DNA of 64,000 nt from Gnetum montanum (lineage: Eukaryota; Plantae; Gnetophyta): NCBI GenBank assembly GCA_015680685.1, contig MNCI01000003.1, positions 166,144 through 230,143 on the forward strand, given 5' to 3'. Each line of letters opens with the position of its first letter. The stretch's first letter is position 1. Shown here in pieces: positions 13,515-27,300 of the stretch. The notes beneath the pieces are model-generated. The model was not told where the DNA came from. It did no database searches and worked only from the letters and a program-made list of their open reading frames with translations. Both the position numbers and the translations under genes were made by a program.

Positions 13515-16491
13515 CCATGTTCATCTCACTAAGGTGGGACCATGGAAAGGGCGGTAGATGAATGAAAGAGAAACCCAGGCTTTACAACTTGAGAATCAAG
13601 AACCTTGCTATCCCTCCACTTACTGGTCCCTATTATCCTGATTTGTTACCTCGGCAGATTTGTTACATCGGCAGAAATCTACCCTGCTTTCATTTATAAA
13701 TGTTTATATCGGCAGAAATCTACCCTGTTTTCATTTATAAATGTTTATACCTGCATTTTGTTGGTGTTTCATTCTTGCAAATTTTAGTTTATCAATGCTT
13801 CACTGCTACAATCTAACGTTTTCGAAGCCAATATGTTAATCCTTCTGACAAAAATTTCTCGCCAGTTCTGTCAGCATGTGCATCTCTCCTCAGCTGAGCG
13901 CCTGTAGCATTTACATTTTATTTTCAAAGTGGTGAAAAATTATGCCATTCTAAACCTGTGAATCACTGGTATACCCTAAAAGGACAAGACAGTCCAGCAA
14001 CAAGCTGATCCTCCTGTTCCACATGGTTTATATACCGGCTTCGAAAATGGCAGAGAGGACAGCCCAAGCTTGACATTTAGATGCACTTATTTTGTTATAT
14101 GGTATGTAGTTAGCACTTTTTTGAGTTGTTCATGACGTTCTATACCGGAGACATTGAAACTCAACGGCCTTTTATTACATCATCGAAGATAAAATGGATC
14201 TCTGAAGACAAATTATTAAGAAAAAAAACTGAAGTATTAGCAGTAATTTGCCATTTTTGTCCAGCAAAGGCATGAAGATAATTTAGGAAAACTTGATTAC
14301 TTCAAGTCTTCAATATAGCTTATACACATGGTACTGCGATGCTTTCATGTCATCTCCTGTTTTCAATTTCAACAATTTGCAGACCAAATGAAGGGAAAAG
14401 TTTGCAAATAAACAACTTTTCTTTGAAAACAAATCCACTTATCTTTTCTCTTTTCAATAAACTTTTTTCACCTTTAATATTATGCCAAATCTTCTGGATT
14501 GCTTAACATTGAATCATCTCTTGGAAATTGTGAGAGGTGCAATTATCGTAGTCTAAGATTCTTCGATTTCTCCAGCCATTTCACCCCTGTTTGAAACTAT
14601 TGATTATCTTGTATTTTATGGAATAAAAGGATCATTATTTAAAGCCTCAAAGTTCATTTTGTCAGGGTTTGGAAGGATTGGGAAATGACCTCTTTGAGTG
14701 GTTGTTCTCAGGTTCAAACCCAGAGTCTTCCAACCTGGAAAACAAGCAGTCCCTTGTGTTTCATGTAATATTTTTATAAAAACTCTGTAGTTGTACTTTG
14801 TGACAATATTTAATGAATAAAATGTATTATGAAGAAAAAATTAAAAGCACAACCATAAAGAAGCACTGAATAGAAGTGAAACACCAGCGAACGGAAAAAA
14901 GAAAGGCCCAACAGTTTTTGGAAGTGTGTTTATCATTTGACTTTAAATTCTTCTACGGAACCAAAAAATACATTTTTGCACATATTCAATTTTCTAATTT
15001 CTTATACGATGATTTCACTCCATGTTGAATTTAACAGTCACTTACCAAACTAGCCTTAATGTCCTAACTACATCAATGCCGTAGCCTCGTATAATAAATG
15101 TGTTTGAATCATGAACTCCCTGCAAAGAGAAACATTCCTCCTTATTTTATGGAACAGAATTAAAACTAGCACAAACATTGCAGTCTGCCCATAATGTTCT
15201 GTTCCGGAGAGTGAATGATCCTTTGACGGTACCTGTCGGTGGTTTTCCCTTTTTCTGTAATTGAATAAAAAAGATAATTGAGTACTGTCTCTGTTTTTTC
15301 TGGATGACAATAATCCGTGATCCACTCTGATTGATTGTCGTGACTTGCAAACTATCCCAAAATGGTCCGGTAAACAAAATCGAATATGAATGGCGTGTAC
15401 CTGCAACACAGTTATCCAGAAACCTTTATAATAACACATGATGCTGCATCAATCCATATTTTAATAGAAGAGGTGATGTGAACCTGGCAACTAGGACAAC
15501 TGTCCCGATCTCCACTAAAAAAGGAATCATTGAAGGAACTGTGACATTAAATACTTGAAAAAAAGGCCAGGTTGTATTTTTCGAGATCTGACGTATTGAA
15601 TCATCGAATCGTAAGATTTAATATTGGATATGCGCAGTTTCGAACTATGCGCAGTTTGAAATGCTCGTTAAGCTCTTAAAATGCTCGTGAAGGTTGCTTG
15701 CCTGGGAATCAAAATAGGTTATCAAATACGCATAACTATCATATATTCAAATTTAGAATGACACTGCTAACTAGGACGTATCATTTAGCATAAAACTAGT
15801 TCCACCGTGAACCAAGGATCTCGTTTCAAATATGTGGCCTGAATCCATTATGGTACTTAGGTTCATGCTGTGTATCAAACTGATGACTACAGTAGAGATT
15901 TTATTCAATGATTTATGAAATAAAAACAAGACATAATCCGTGTTATTAGAAGTCACTGTATACATAGCTGGCAAGAGGAAAGTTTTTACATAAGCTTCCC
16001 TCAATTTCAGGAATAGGCAACTGGTATAATTGTTCACACTTGCCTTTCAAGTTAAGAGTTCCAAGTTCTTGTATGGGTTACAAAATAAACTTTATAATGC
16101 TTATATATGACAAATTTCTGCAAAATTCAGGGTATAGTGTGAGAAGCAAATGATAAGTAAAGAAGCTATTGGTCAGAGGATGGAAAAAGCAAGAAAAAGT
16201 TTTATATAAATAATAGGAATGAAATAACCGAATTGTATAACAGAATTCCCAATGACATTGCGATGATACAATGAGATGCCAGCCCCACAATCAGTTCCTC
16301 TTCTTTTGTGAGCAACCAGGAATTACGGCAGGCAGTTGCGACGTTTAGCAATGAGGCTTCATTATTTCCATGGCTTAACATGATGACTCTGACACCCATG
16401 TTTGCACCAATGACTGCATCAAATTTGTCGAAGTGAGTGCTGGCAGAGTCATCCTGATTGGAAAAATTTTGAAAATGCCTGCTGATGCTGA

Positions 16492-17602
16492 TTAAGACCA
16501 CAAAAGGCATGCAACAACTATCATCATAACAGCAACAATGTATGATGAAGCCTTGTGGATCTTGGCAGGAGCTTTGCTTGCATCAACATCTATTTGAATC
16601 TCAAACTTGCATGATCCCTGTGATGGGTCTTGAAGCGTTGAAACGGCCAAGTTATTAAAATTGCACGACTCAGATTTCTGATTCTGTGCCTGGAAATACA
16701 TATTGAAAGCATAAGAGGCATTGCTTCTACCATCCATGTTGCCACATGTGGAGCCATATCCAAGAGAAGTGCAGTCAGCATTTTGGCAAGCATAAGTAAT
16801 ACTATCAGACAACGAGGGTTCGGTTGGATTAATACTTGGATTGAAAACACACCATCTTCTTTGCAAATACTTGACACCTCTAGCAGCAACAAGCAACCTG
16901 TTCTGCCCTTGCCCACTCAAATCCAGTTCATACTTGGGCTGTCCATCATACTGAAAAATACCCCAGTGCCTTTCAAAGTTCCCAGGATCAATGCTTTTTT
17001 TATCTTCGTCAACAAGGCTGAATAAATATGTCTCAATAATGTCAGCTTTCATTGGGGTAATTTGTCCAGACATGATATGCTTAATTAGACCCTGGTTAAA
17101 CCTCTGGGCATAACTCGCTTGAGCATTCTTATCACCATCTGTGGGCCAGCCCACTTCCCCAACAATGATGGGCAAATTAGGAAAACCTGCATTCTTTAGG
17201 GCCCAAACAAGTGTATCAAGATTGGCATCAAATACGTTGGTATACTGTACACTTCCATCTACAACAGGTTGGCTAGTGCCATCAAAGAATGCAAAATCAA
17301 GTGGAAAGTTGGGATCACTGTACAGACTTAGAAAAGGGTATATGTTGACCATAAAAGGTGAACCGTGTTCAGAGAGGAATTGGCATATCTCTATCATGAG
17401 GCTTTTGATCTCGCTTCTAAAATCTCCTTCTGAAGGCAAGTTTCCTCCATACACATCAGCATTTAAAGGCATTGTTGCCTTGATGTCCTTAAGCCCAGCT
17501 TTGTCAAGCTCGTTCTGTATATTTGCTAAAGCTGGCAAGGCATATTGTACAAAAGAATTGTTGTATGATTTCAGAAAGGGTTCATTTCCAACGGCTACAT
17601 AT
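16492..17602 (-). CDS. GH17 glucanase coding exon 2
   Basis: Acceptor TTTTGCAG| at 17603; open to TAA at 16492. Confidence 0.93.
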
Positions 17603-19550
17603 CTGCAAAAGGTAGAAGCCAAAATAAAACATTTCAATATCTGCCAAATGCTATTAACTATAATTATCATTCTCATCATCTGAGTCTTGTCCTACCTATG
17701 TGATGTTTGCATTATGCCAAGAATTACAACAAAAATCTCATTTTTCTCACACCAAAAAAGCAGTTCATCACCTTCTCAAATGAAGGAGAAATCTAAATGG
17801 GGAATAACTTGGTTTTTGTTTTTGGGTAAGTACATCTATCCCTGAGACTAAAAGGAAATGGAAACCAAAATGCACAGCAAAGCTCTTAAAGTGAAACTGC
17901 ATTAAATAAACTTAGGAGATGTATTAATCTCAGCTTGCTGGAATCACAGCGATAAACTTAGGAGATATGTTAAACTCAGTTCTTTTTCCTGTTTAAAAAA
18001 TTGAATGCACAAAAAGATTTTGAATACATGAGATGGAATTGAAACTACCATGCTAAAACAATGAAATATGAAGCATACAAGTGATAAATATGTTGACTAC
18101 GAAATCTTGTTATTTATTGATTTATTTATTAATTGTCAAGGACTCCATGCAACGACTTCTCAAGTCAAAACAAATCTGAACTTTGTAATATCCAATTTGC
18201 AATTTTGAAACACTCCATTATTAAGGAGTCGTGCTTATTTTTAGCTTTCTGCTCCCGCTGCTCAGATTGCATAACATAGAAGAGTATTTCAGCTTGAAAT
18301 GAACAAAAATCGTATTTTTGGATGTAGTGGTTGCGGTTATAGAACGATGTTAACACAGCTCCCATAGCATAAGACTCTGCACTTTCATCTCTCTGGAAGG
18401 ATTCATGTGTGAAAAGCTCGAAACGGCATAAAGATTGAATCATTTTAATCCCAAAAATGCCCATAATGAACCATATTTCGGATAGAATTTAACACAAGCA
18501 ATCTGCACCTTTTAAATTTCCCTTTGGCATTTTTCAAGAATACCTACTTCGACTTGATTTCAAGAATAAGCAACGGAGAGTCCAGTCCAACAAACAACCG
18601 GGTACCTACAATCGACTATTAAAACTTTAAGACATGCCTACACCTACAGATCCCAAATATGCAAAAGAAACATCTGATTTGTTAAACCCAATTTACAATA
18701 GCGGATCTCGGGATCTAAAATTAGGGCAGAGAAATGAAAATCTTAGAGACGCACCATAACCAGGCATTTATACACGAAGTTCTGACCCGTAGGTCGACTA
18801 AACCCAAAATCCCTGTAACTTTTTCGAAAAGGGCAAAAGCATCCAATAATCTTAGCTATAGATACCAAAGCACTAATGCTATCCAGAGGCAGACACAAAA
18901 ACAGCATAAGCAAGAAAAGCACCCCACACGAAAAACACACCAATCTGCAATATTAACAATAGAATCAAATTTAAGAGATCATTCCAGAAACAGAACCTCT
19001 ACAAAAGAACAGAAACAACAGGAGAAATCCATGATAAAGAAGTGTAGAGCAAGTTAAGTCATTAAGATCAGGACATGACACTGTTAGAACAGGGGCAGCT
19101 CAGCGGTCACAGGGAGGCAGGACAGATCGAAGGAAGGAAGCATTTGAGCATTTGGTAAATGCTGAAAATGATGAATACGCAAAAAGGGCAGGGCCCATGG
19201 AGATTGTACCTGATTTTGACACCGACATCGTAAAAGAACTCAGTGATATTGGACTCGACCCAGTTGGCAGCAGCCTTGGCGCTGGTTGCCATGGTCTGAA
19301 GCTGGTCGTTGGGTATGCCCACCATGACCTCGATGCCACTGTGGGCAAGCTGTCTGAGTGCATGATCCTCTGCATCAAACAGTTTAACCTTGCTGAATCC
19401 ATTATCCTGCAACAACTTCACCACTATGCTTGGAGGCAATGGATGACTTGCAATGGTTCCCCAGTTCACTCCCAGTCCCTCTGCTGCTCCAATCACCATT
19501 ACCAACAACAAAATCCCACTTCTGCTGCAAAATCTGCTGTTCATCTTCAT
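16492..19550 (-). CDS. Glucan endo-1,3-beta-glucosidase (GH17 + X8/CBM43, signal peptide, GPI-anchor signal), ~483 aa, 2 exons
   Basis: Exon 1 19550-19210 (MKMNSR...LGVNWGT...KVKLFDA...[10 protein letters not shown]...VKIR); GT-AG phase-2 intron 19209-17603; exon 2 17602-16492. Catalytic motifs VAVGNEP and [16 protein letters not shown], Cys-rich X8 domain (WCV...YACQNADCT...SYAFNMYFQ...CNF...CKF) and a hydrophobic C-terminus. Resembles the Arabidopsis GH17 5/6/8/9 group. Confidence 0.95.
19210..19550 (-). CDS. GH17 glucanase coding exon 1
   Basis: ATG at 19550 (alternative 19544), signal peptide, GVNWGT; donor AG|GTAC at 19209. Confidence 0.9.
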
Positions 19551-22184
19551 CTGCTGCTTCCAAATCCGAACTGTACCCAGAAATGCAAGTGGGAAAAGTA
19601 GATGATCCAGATCACATGCACCAACAACAGGAGGCCCTCGAGTACAACTCCTCAACGCAGTGCTCTGCTCTGGAGCAGGGTCACACGGCGAGCTCTTATT
19701 TTGCACAATTCTGGGTTTCTTGGCAGCCTGTGCCAAGCATAAAGCAGAAGCACCAAGGTCAGGAGGAGGAATCCCTAGGATTCAAGCAATTTAGATTTGC
19801 TGCCCGATTTGATTAGTCCTCTGCACAGAGCAACCAAGCAAGAATCTGCAGCAGCAGAGCTGTGCAGTTCAGTGCAGTGTAGTGGAGATCAGTAACGTCG
19901 GAGCTAAACAAGAACAAGAACAAGAACAAGAAGAAGCCCTGGGATTCAAGAAAACGGTCATGTGGTGGGCGGGCATCAGACAAAATTTTGATTTCTTGAG
20001 ACTGGTGTTACCGGGCTGTGCCAGATATTGGATTGGAATGATTTCTTGGACACCCAGGCCAAGCAAGCATATATGGGCAGGTAGAAGACTCTGAGTCTGC
20101 GTCCGAGTCCCTGGAAAAACGGATGCCAATAACCCCAGGGTTGAAAAACCGGGCTATATGACAAATGGATTTTTGTGGTTGTCTGGTATTCATTCAATAT
20201 GTAACTTGGGCAAGTAGACAGGAATCTGACCAAGTGCGCCGGAATCTGTGGGAGGATCAAGAAAACTCAGAAAGCGAAAGCTAAGGAAGAAGGCCTGTAA
20301 ATGAAGCAAATATGATGTAAAGGCAAGAATATGGGTTTTTGGGTGTGTGGCAGAGCTGGGTAATGATATGAATTTACGCTGCTGTAGCTGAAACACTAGC
20401 CGTAGCTGTCAAGTAACAAAATCAGGAGCAGCATATTATCAGCAGCCTGAAAGCTCAGATTCGGAAACTTTGCGACAGGACCGGCAGTTGCCGTTTCTGA
20501 TCCTATTGGGTAAATTTATGAGGTATTTAAAAAGAGAATTCATTTGGAGTTGAGCAGGGAATTAGGGAAAAAGCATTATTTTGGGTAACTGTGCATGATC
20601 TGGAGGGGCCACGTGAGACTGCGTGGACGTTCGGTTCTGGGCTTTGATGGATTTCCCCGCTGTGTCCTCCGCCATGAAAAGGCTTTCATGATGTTGCTAG
20701 TGCTTTTGCTTTTTGTTTTTGTTTTTGTTTAAAGTTTATCTGCACAATCTTGCGAGTTATCGTTTGACGTCGGCACATACCCCACTCCCTGCAATTTTCA
20801 CCATTCGTAAACTGTTTTATTTTCTGTTGGGTGTTCTTTTTTCTTTTCTTTTTTTTGTTGGGTTAAATCACATTCTTGCAGAGCTCAATCCTGCCAGCAG
20901 CGAATAAAACAGCGTCGCAGTTTTTGAACCCAAAGTTTCGGTCTGTTCTGGTCTGCGTCTGTAATTTCAGTTTGCTCTTCTCTGGGTCGGTGTCGGCTTA
21001 TCTGCAAGCTTTTTCAAAAGTTTTAAATTGAGTCGGACTCGGAGGAGGCTGCACTGCCGCTGCTACCACTTTTGTCAACTGAAGATTTGATGCTTAATTT
21101 CATGCTTACGTTGCAACGCATTTCTTTCGGACCTCGCCCCGTTTTCATAACTGAGTTTCAGTGCTGGAGCTGTCCGATGTTTCTGCAGCACTTGCTTTTG
21201 CATTCAAAATTAATTCTTTGAATTCGTGTCCACGTTGGGAGGCCTTTTGTCTTTTGCTTTTGTAGATCCAGAATCTTTTTATTTAGATGTTTGCATGCAT
21301 GGGTTCATTCTCACGCCCTTGTGGATATGGATGACGAAAGTCGAAGCTGTTTCATTTTCAGATGACGCGGATCTGTGTTTTCAAATTAAAACCAGTGTGA
21401 ATGAATAAGCATTCAATTGTAATACCTTCCCTGTCTCTTGCAATAATTAAAGCCCACAGTCAATAAGCATTTAAGTGTAATAGGCTGTCTTTTGCAATCA
21501 AGACAATATACGTGGTGCAAATCCTATCCTCAGCTATCCAGATTGTGGTACCAACCATAACAAACCTAGAAGATTTGATAGGACATTAGAAACATTTAAA
21601 ATTCAAGTTCTCAATTTAGGATGATCATTAAATGATTGGATCAATGTCGGAAAGAAATTCAACTAACAGGATTCAACTACCATTATACTTAACATTGCAA
21701 TAATGTTAAGTTGAAAATTTTAATGTTACCTGTAAAGATTTAAAAAATAGTTAATATTCCTTGAATCCTTCAAGGTATTATAATTGAATTTTCAAACACT
21801 ATATCAATCATATCATTATTTATTACTTTTATATTAATTGCTTAGCCTAAAAGCATAAAGTATCATTTGTTATGCATGCTAAAATCATAGATCAAGGTTG
21901 CATTATTATTCTTGTATAAGAGAATTGTTGATGTACTATTATATGTGTGTGATTATACAAATATTGATTATACAAATAAGGGGATAATGGAATCTTAAAT
22001 TTGGAAGATGAAAAAATATTTTGTATAAGATCATGTACAATATGTCTACTACAAGTAATAGAGAATGGCCATGTTGTATTGAAACATTGTTGGACTCTTT
22101 TGTAGATGGAAACAAGCTTATTTCAAGTCAAACAAAGCAAATAAATAAAGAAAGTCTCCTTTCTAAAATACAGAATTCCTTACA

Positions 22185-23150
22185 AAGGGTACACTATCAT
22201 ATGATTCCATTTGAACTAGATTCTAAAATGTATAAGATCCCTCAAGTGTATTTTGTGAAAGAAAATGCATTTATTTTTTTCTAATCAAATTTTGTATGAC
22301 GCAAACATGGAGTGTGTTTCACGCCCTTTCTTTTAAATAATCATGGTAGGAGTTTCTAGATTTTTTCCAATTAGACAGAAAAGCTATGATTATCTACCTA
22401 GTGGACCTTATAAAGTGTATTTGAATTTATAAAAAATGCCAAATGTACTAGGCAAAGGAGCAAGAGATCCCCAATGGGCCTTGTAGAGTGTGCTTAGATA
22501 GCAACACACTATCATATGATTCAAGTGGAACCATTTCTAAAATGTGTAAAATCATATAGTTCAATTGGAACCACTTCCTAAAATATGTAAAATCCATCTA
22601 TGGTGTATTTTGTGAGAGAATGCATTCTTTCTAATCAAATTTTGTAGGACACAAACAAGGAGTATGCTTCACACCCTTTCTTTTAATCAATCATGGTACA
22701 AATTTCTAGATATTTTCAAATTAGACAAAAAAGTTGTGATTGTTTGCCTAAGGGACCTTGTAAAGTGTACTGAATTTATAGAAAATGCCAAATGTGTTAG
22801 GCAAAAGGAGCAAGAGAGCCCCAGTGGGCCTTGTAGAGTGCACTTAGATAAGGGCACACTATCATATGATTCAATTGGAACCACTTTCTAAACTGTATGA
22901 AATCCCTCTATGGTCTATTTTGTGAGAAAATGTACTTATTTCTTTCTAATCAAATTTTGTACAACAAACACAAACATGGAGTGTGCTTCACACCCTTTCT
23001 TTTTAACCAATCATGGTAAGAGTCTTTAGATCTTCTTTAATTAGATAGAAAAGTTATGATTGTTTACCCAATCAGCCTAGTAAAGTGTGCTTCAATTTAT
23101 TAAAAATGCCAAATGGGCTAGGCAAATGGGCAAGAGATCCCCAATGGGCC
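22185..23150. repeat. Diverged tandem array of ~315-350-bp units (~3 copies)
   Basis: Anchor TTCTAATCAAATTTTGTA at ~22279, ~22629 and ~22944; AAAATGCCAAATG...GCAAGAGATCCCCAATGGGCC recurs three times. Confidence 0.85.
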
Positions 23151-24083
23151 TCAGAAAATATGCTGACTTTATAAAAAATGCCAAAGTTGGTTAATATTTT
23201 CAGCTCCGTGTTGGCAAAAAGTGCATGTCCTATTTTGAATAATGGCTCTACAATGCAGATAATCCCTTTTAAAGGGATAGCTCCTTAAGAATGTTAATGA
23301 GGAACCATTTTAACTATGGGTTGAGAACAAAATCATGTACTTAAAAGAAAGATTAATTCTTGATCATAACATATTGGAAGTATAATTCTAAACGAATTAT
23401 TTACAATATTGCCATTGATATTAAAGTAATATCTTAAACTATATGATTATTGAAACTCAAACCTTTTTTTAATTATCTAAGACCTTATGATAATACATTT
23501 GAGTTAGAAAAATTGATATTAATATATTTTGTACAAATTGACTCGTTTGATATCCTTGCTTTATACAAATGTAATAAAATTTTAAATTCCGGTTCAATAT
23601 TTCTTAATATAGAAATTTCTAACTTCTCAATTCTATAAAGTTTTATTTTAAGCATAACATATTTTACATAATCGTCACGAATTATATAAAGTTCATACTC
23701 CAAAGGATCTATCTCAATATGCCATTTTCTACTCACAAAGTTTGTTTAAGAACCATTTCTTTATCCAGCTTGTTTTTAGTTCAAGGTTGGTCATAACAAG
23801 GTAGCCTAAACTGTACAAATACTAAAAAAAATTTATACACCGTTGTATTACCTATATGACGGAGACGTCCTTGAAAACTGTAAATGTAAATCTTTTTTAA
23901 AAAATATCATCAATTAAATTCAGCAGCAATACATGAAGCATTCAATAAGAAGAGAAGGATGACTGGCAAGACAATGACCGGCTAACCTATTTGCAATAAC
24001 ATTGAATAAGCTTGAACAAAGAACGGAAATACAACGCTGAACAATTTTGAGAGCGACCCAACTTTCCGGTGGAGAACCACAAG

Positions 24084-24335
24084 TCATTCTGATTGTTGAT
24101 TGACAGATTTTCTAGATCGGATATGATCGGTTAAATCTTTTCCTTTGGTTTCCAAAGGAAACAACAAGACTGAAATTCCTGCTGATATAAATACTACTTC
24201 AAATATAGCTATAGCTATCCCTGTTTGGCAGTTCTTTACAAGATCAACAGCAACAAGTGGGCATATCATTCCTCCCAAACGAGCAAACGAACTTGCTGCA
24301 CCAAACCCTGTGGATCTTATTGATGTTGGGTAGAC
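24084..24335 (-). CDS. OCT7: OCT7-like coding exon 5
   Basis: TACAG|VYPTSIRSTG...PLETKGKDL...QQSE*. Confidence 0.92.
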   Translation of the reverse strand, partial: VYPTSIRSTGFGAASSFARLGGMICPLVAVDLVKNCQTGIAIAIFEVVFISAGISVLLFPLETKGKDLTDHIRSRKSVNQQSE

Positions 24336-27300
24336 CTGTACAACAAATTTACCAAACGAAAGCTTTTACAGAGAACCGAAAAGAAGTTCTATACCATGTA
24401 CAATTCAATGCTTTGTAAACTGCTCAAAAACAAAAATAAAAATAAAAATAAATCAATTTGAGAAAAACCAACATCAAACCTCTGGTGCATAAATGTAGAC
24501 AATGTTAAATGCTGCTGAAATGAATAACCGAACACCAAACAAAAGAACAGTTGTGACAACTTCATTTTGGTAAAATGCCAATGGAAATAGAAAAATAGGA
24601 CACAAGAAAAACAATGTTGCCATGGATAACTTTCTTCCATAATAATCCACAATGATGGCAGCTACTATAAGCCCTGGAATCTCTGTCAAAATGCCGAGTT
24701 CGTACATTTAATCACTTGTGATTTTAGATACTTCTAAGTTCTAATAACATCCTAAGCTTCCTAGGCACTAACTGGTGAAATCAAATTAAACGTCAAAAAC
24801 AAAAAAGTACCCAAAACAAAAATAAAATAAAATGAAAAAAAATAAAACACTTACCAGCAAAGCTTGAAATAAAAACATCTCGATAAAGAGTTGTTGCACT
24901 GGATGTGACTTTAGGTGGCTTCATTGTGCAATAATCAGCTCCATTCGTTAGTGAAGAGGTAAGTAATACAATCCCATAATAGGAAAATGCATTAGCAAAA
25001 AGCACCAACCAGAGCAGCAGTGTTGATTTGATTAATGGAGGTGAAAAGAGAACAAGAAATTGTGACAATATTCCCAGACCGTTTTGCATTTCAGCATTTT
25101 CATTATTTGAAAATTCATTGGAAGTTATAAGATTACCTTCCTCAGAATCATCATAACCACTTTGTTCTTTCAGTTCAACAACATAATTTACAAGTTTCCC
25201 AGGAGGCAGTTTCCTTTTGTTTATACGGGCTATCTTCTCAAAAAGATCTTGTGCATCATCACAACTGCCTTTCATAATAAAAAATCTTGGTGATTCTGGC
25301 ACAATATTGTAGAAGAGGAGGAGGATAAATAAAGGTGTACAAGATAGTCCAACTAACCATCGCCAACCAAGTTTTGGCATCACAATCTGGCACATTGAAT
25401 CTAATGGGTCAAAATTCATATCGATGAACATTTGTAAGATGTAAACACACATCTAACATTTAATTTCTAGATTTAGAATTGCAAACTGACTTTTACAAAA
25501 ATTTACAACTTATGAAAGCTATGAAATTAGAAGATTGGAGTAAAATAACTATTGCTTTCTTTTTTCCAAACATCTTAAATCATGGCAACAACTAGCCCAT
25601 ATAAGAAATCTGCATGCATGAATGAATCACCTCTTATAAAAATGATCACAAAGAATATTTGCATTTCTGTTGGTGCTAGCAGAATGTATAAATTTGGGGC
25701 AGAAGAAAAATTGACAATGCCCATCTAACGTGTTCCCTAGAAAGCAAGGTCTGGTTATTTTTAATAGACACCTTTCAATTTTTTAAGACTACAGGGTCAT
25801 GATATCATCTCATTCCCGATTTGTCTTATCAGTGTTGAGATGAAAGGAATGAAAAGCATTAGATAATAGAAACATACACTTTTTAAAACGGGCTGAAAAA
25901 ACAAAATACTCATATACAAAGATTACAGGAAAAATCAAGGAACATCCATCATTTGGGCCAATAATTAAGCTGACTGTCTATGTTCCACCAAAACCTCTAG
26001 TTTAACCATTGGAATGTTAGGGTAGGCTTAGAGGTATATATTAAACCATCCAGCTTTGATGGATAATCCACAAACTTGGATTTGTATGAAGGTTGATAAA
26101 CGTGCCATTAATATATTGATTAATTTTCCATATTTGATAAAAAGACCAACTGACTAAGCTATCCCCAGGCACAGTTATTCATGTTATCTCTTTGCTGGTT
26201 CAATCCTAGAACCCCATAGAACTCCTGATTTAATCATACCTTATTTCATCAGTGTCGTACTTGGCATATACATCTTGACCATACAAACCATTCAGGCATT
26301 TCTAAATCAATACATAAAGACCTGCATAACATTTTAGGCTCAATCACATTTCATACAATTTTCCCTCTCTACGATAACTAATTTTCCATACTGATATGGT
26401 CTATATCCATTCTCAAAATGGTAAATTTTAATGTAGATTACGATTTCCAGTACGCAACAGAACTTGATGACTAACAATGGAAGATTACATGACAAAGAAC
26501 TTTACCAGCTCAGCTGTCACACAGCTGGCGTTGCAATTCATGATAGATGCCCTCCCAAAGACATATGGAGAGAATAGAAGATGGTAACAGTCTATTTTGT
26601 TGTCATATTTATGCATGATGTCTTATCTAAATTATCAATATGAAAGTCCATGAAAGTACATTAAAAAAAACAAATGTAATTGTGGTAAAAATACTATGAA
26701 AAAAAGAAAAGATGCTTGTACCGCACATATTTTGATTTTTGTTTTCGTTTTTCTAATTCTATTTTTTTAGCAAGAGTTTTCAAAGCATACAAGATCCATA
26801 ATCAGTTGCAACTGATTTCCTAAGGATTATAGATAGTTCTTGAGTTAAGAGCAAGTTTGAGACACAGGAGGTAACCACTAGTTTGGAAATAAAAATATAA
26901 CTAAAAAACTAAAACTAGCTTTTAAGTTATAACGGCTACATTTAAAACGTTTGGGTAATGACCCACAAATGACATCATTTTAAAAAGGAAAAAAAATTAA
27001 ACTATAAAAATAAAATACAAACAGAAGTAAAGAATTAAAGCTAAGTAATGTTTTGTAAATCTAATATATGCATTTCAACTGTATTTTCTGAAAGAATGAG
27101 AAGCCTGGCTTGATGTCTCTGCACGGAGACTTCCGGTAGTCCTTTACAAAACTGAAAAAAGAAAAACAAAAAACGAAATAATCTGCTGTCCTCACTGTGC
27201 CTTGTTATTACTGCTTATGGGAACTGGTTTTCGCTTTTTCTATGTCATTTTGGATTGCCCGGGTTTCTATTACTAGGTAAAAAGGACTCAAGTCTCCATA

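Noticed and set aside
16202-16510. 102-aa ORF overlapping the glucanase stop
   Set aside because: Lies in the expected 3' UTR; no recognisable motif.
17141-17683. 180-aa plus-strand ORF (and similar ones at 1247, 8670, 19152, 48869)
   Set aside because: Antisense shadows of real coding sequence.
19551-19736. 62-aa N-terminal extension of the glucanase in the ORF track
   Set aside because: It starts at TTG; the signal peptide follows the ATG at 19550.
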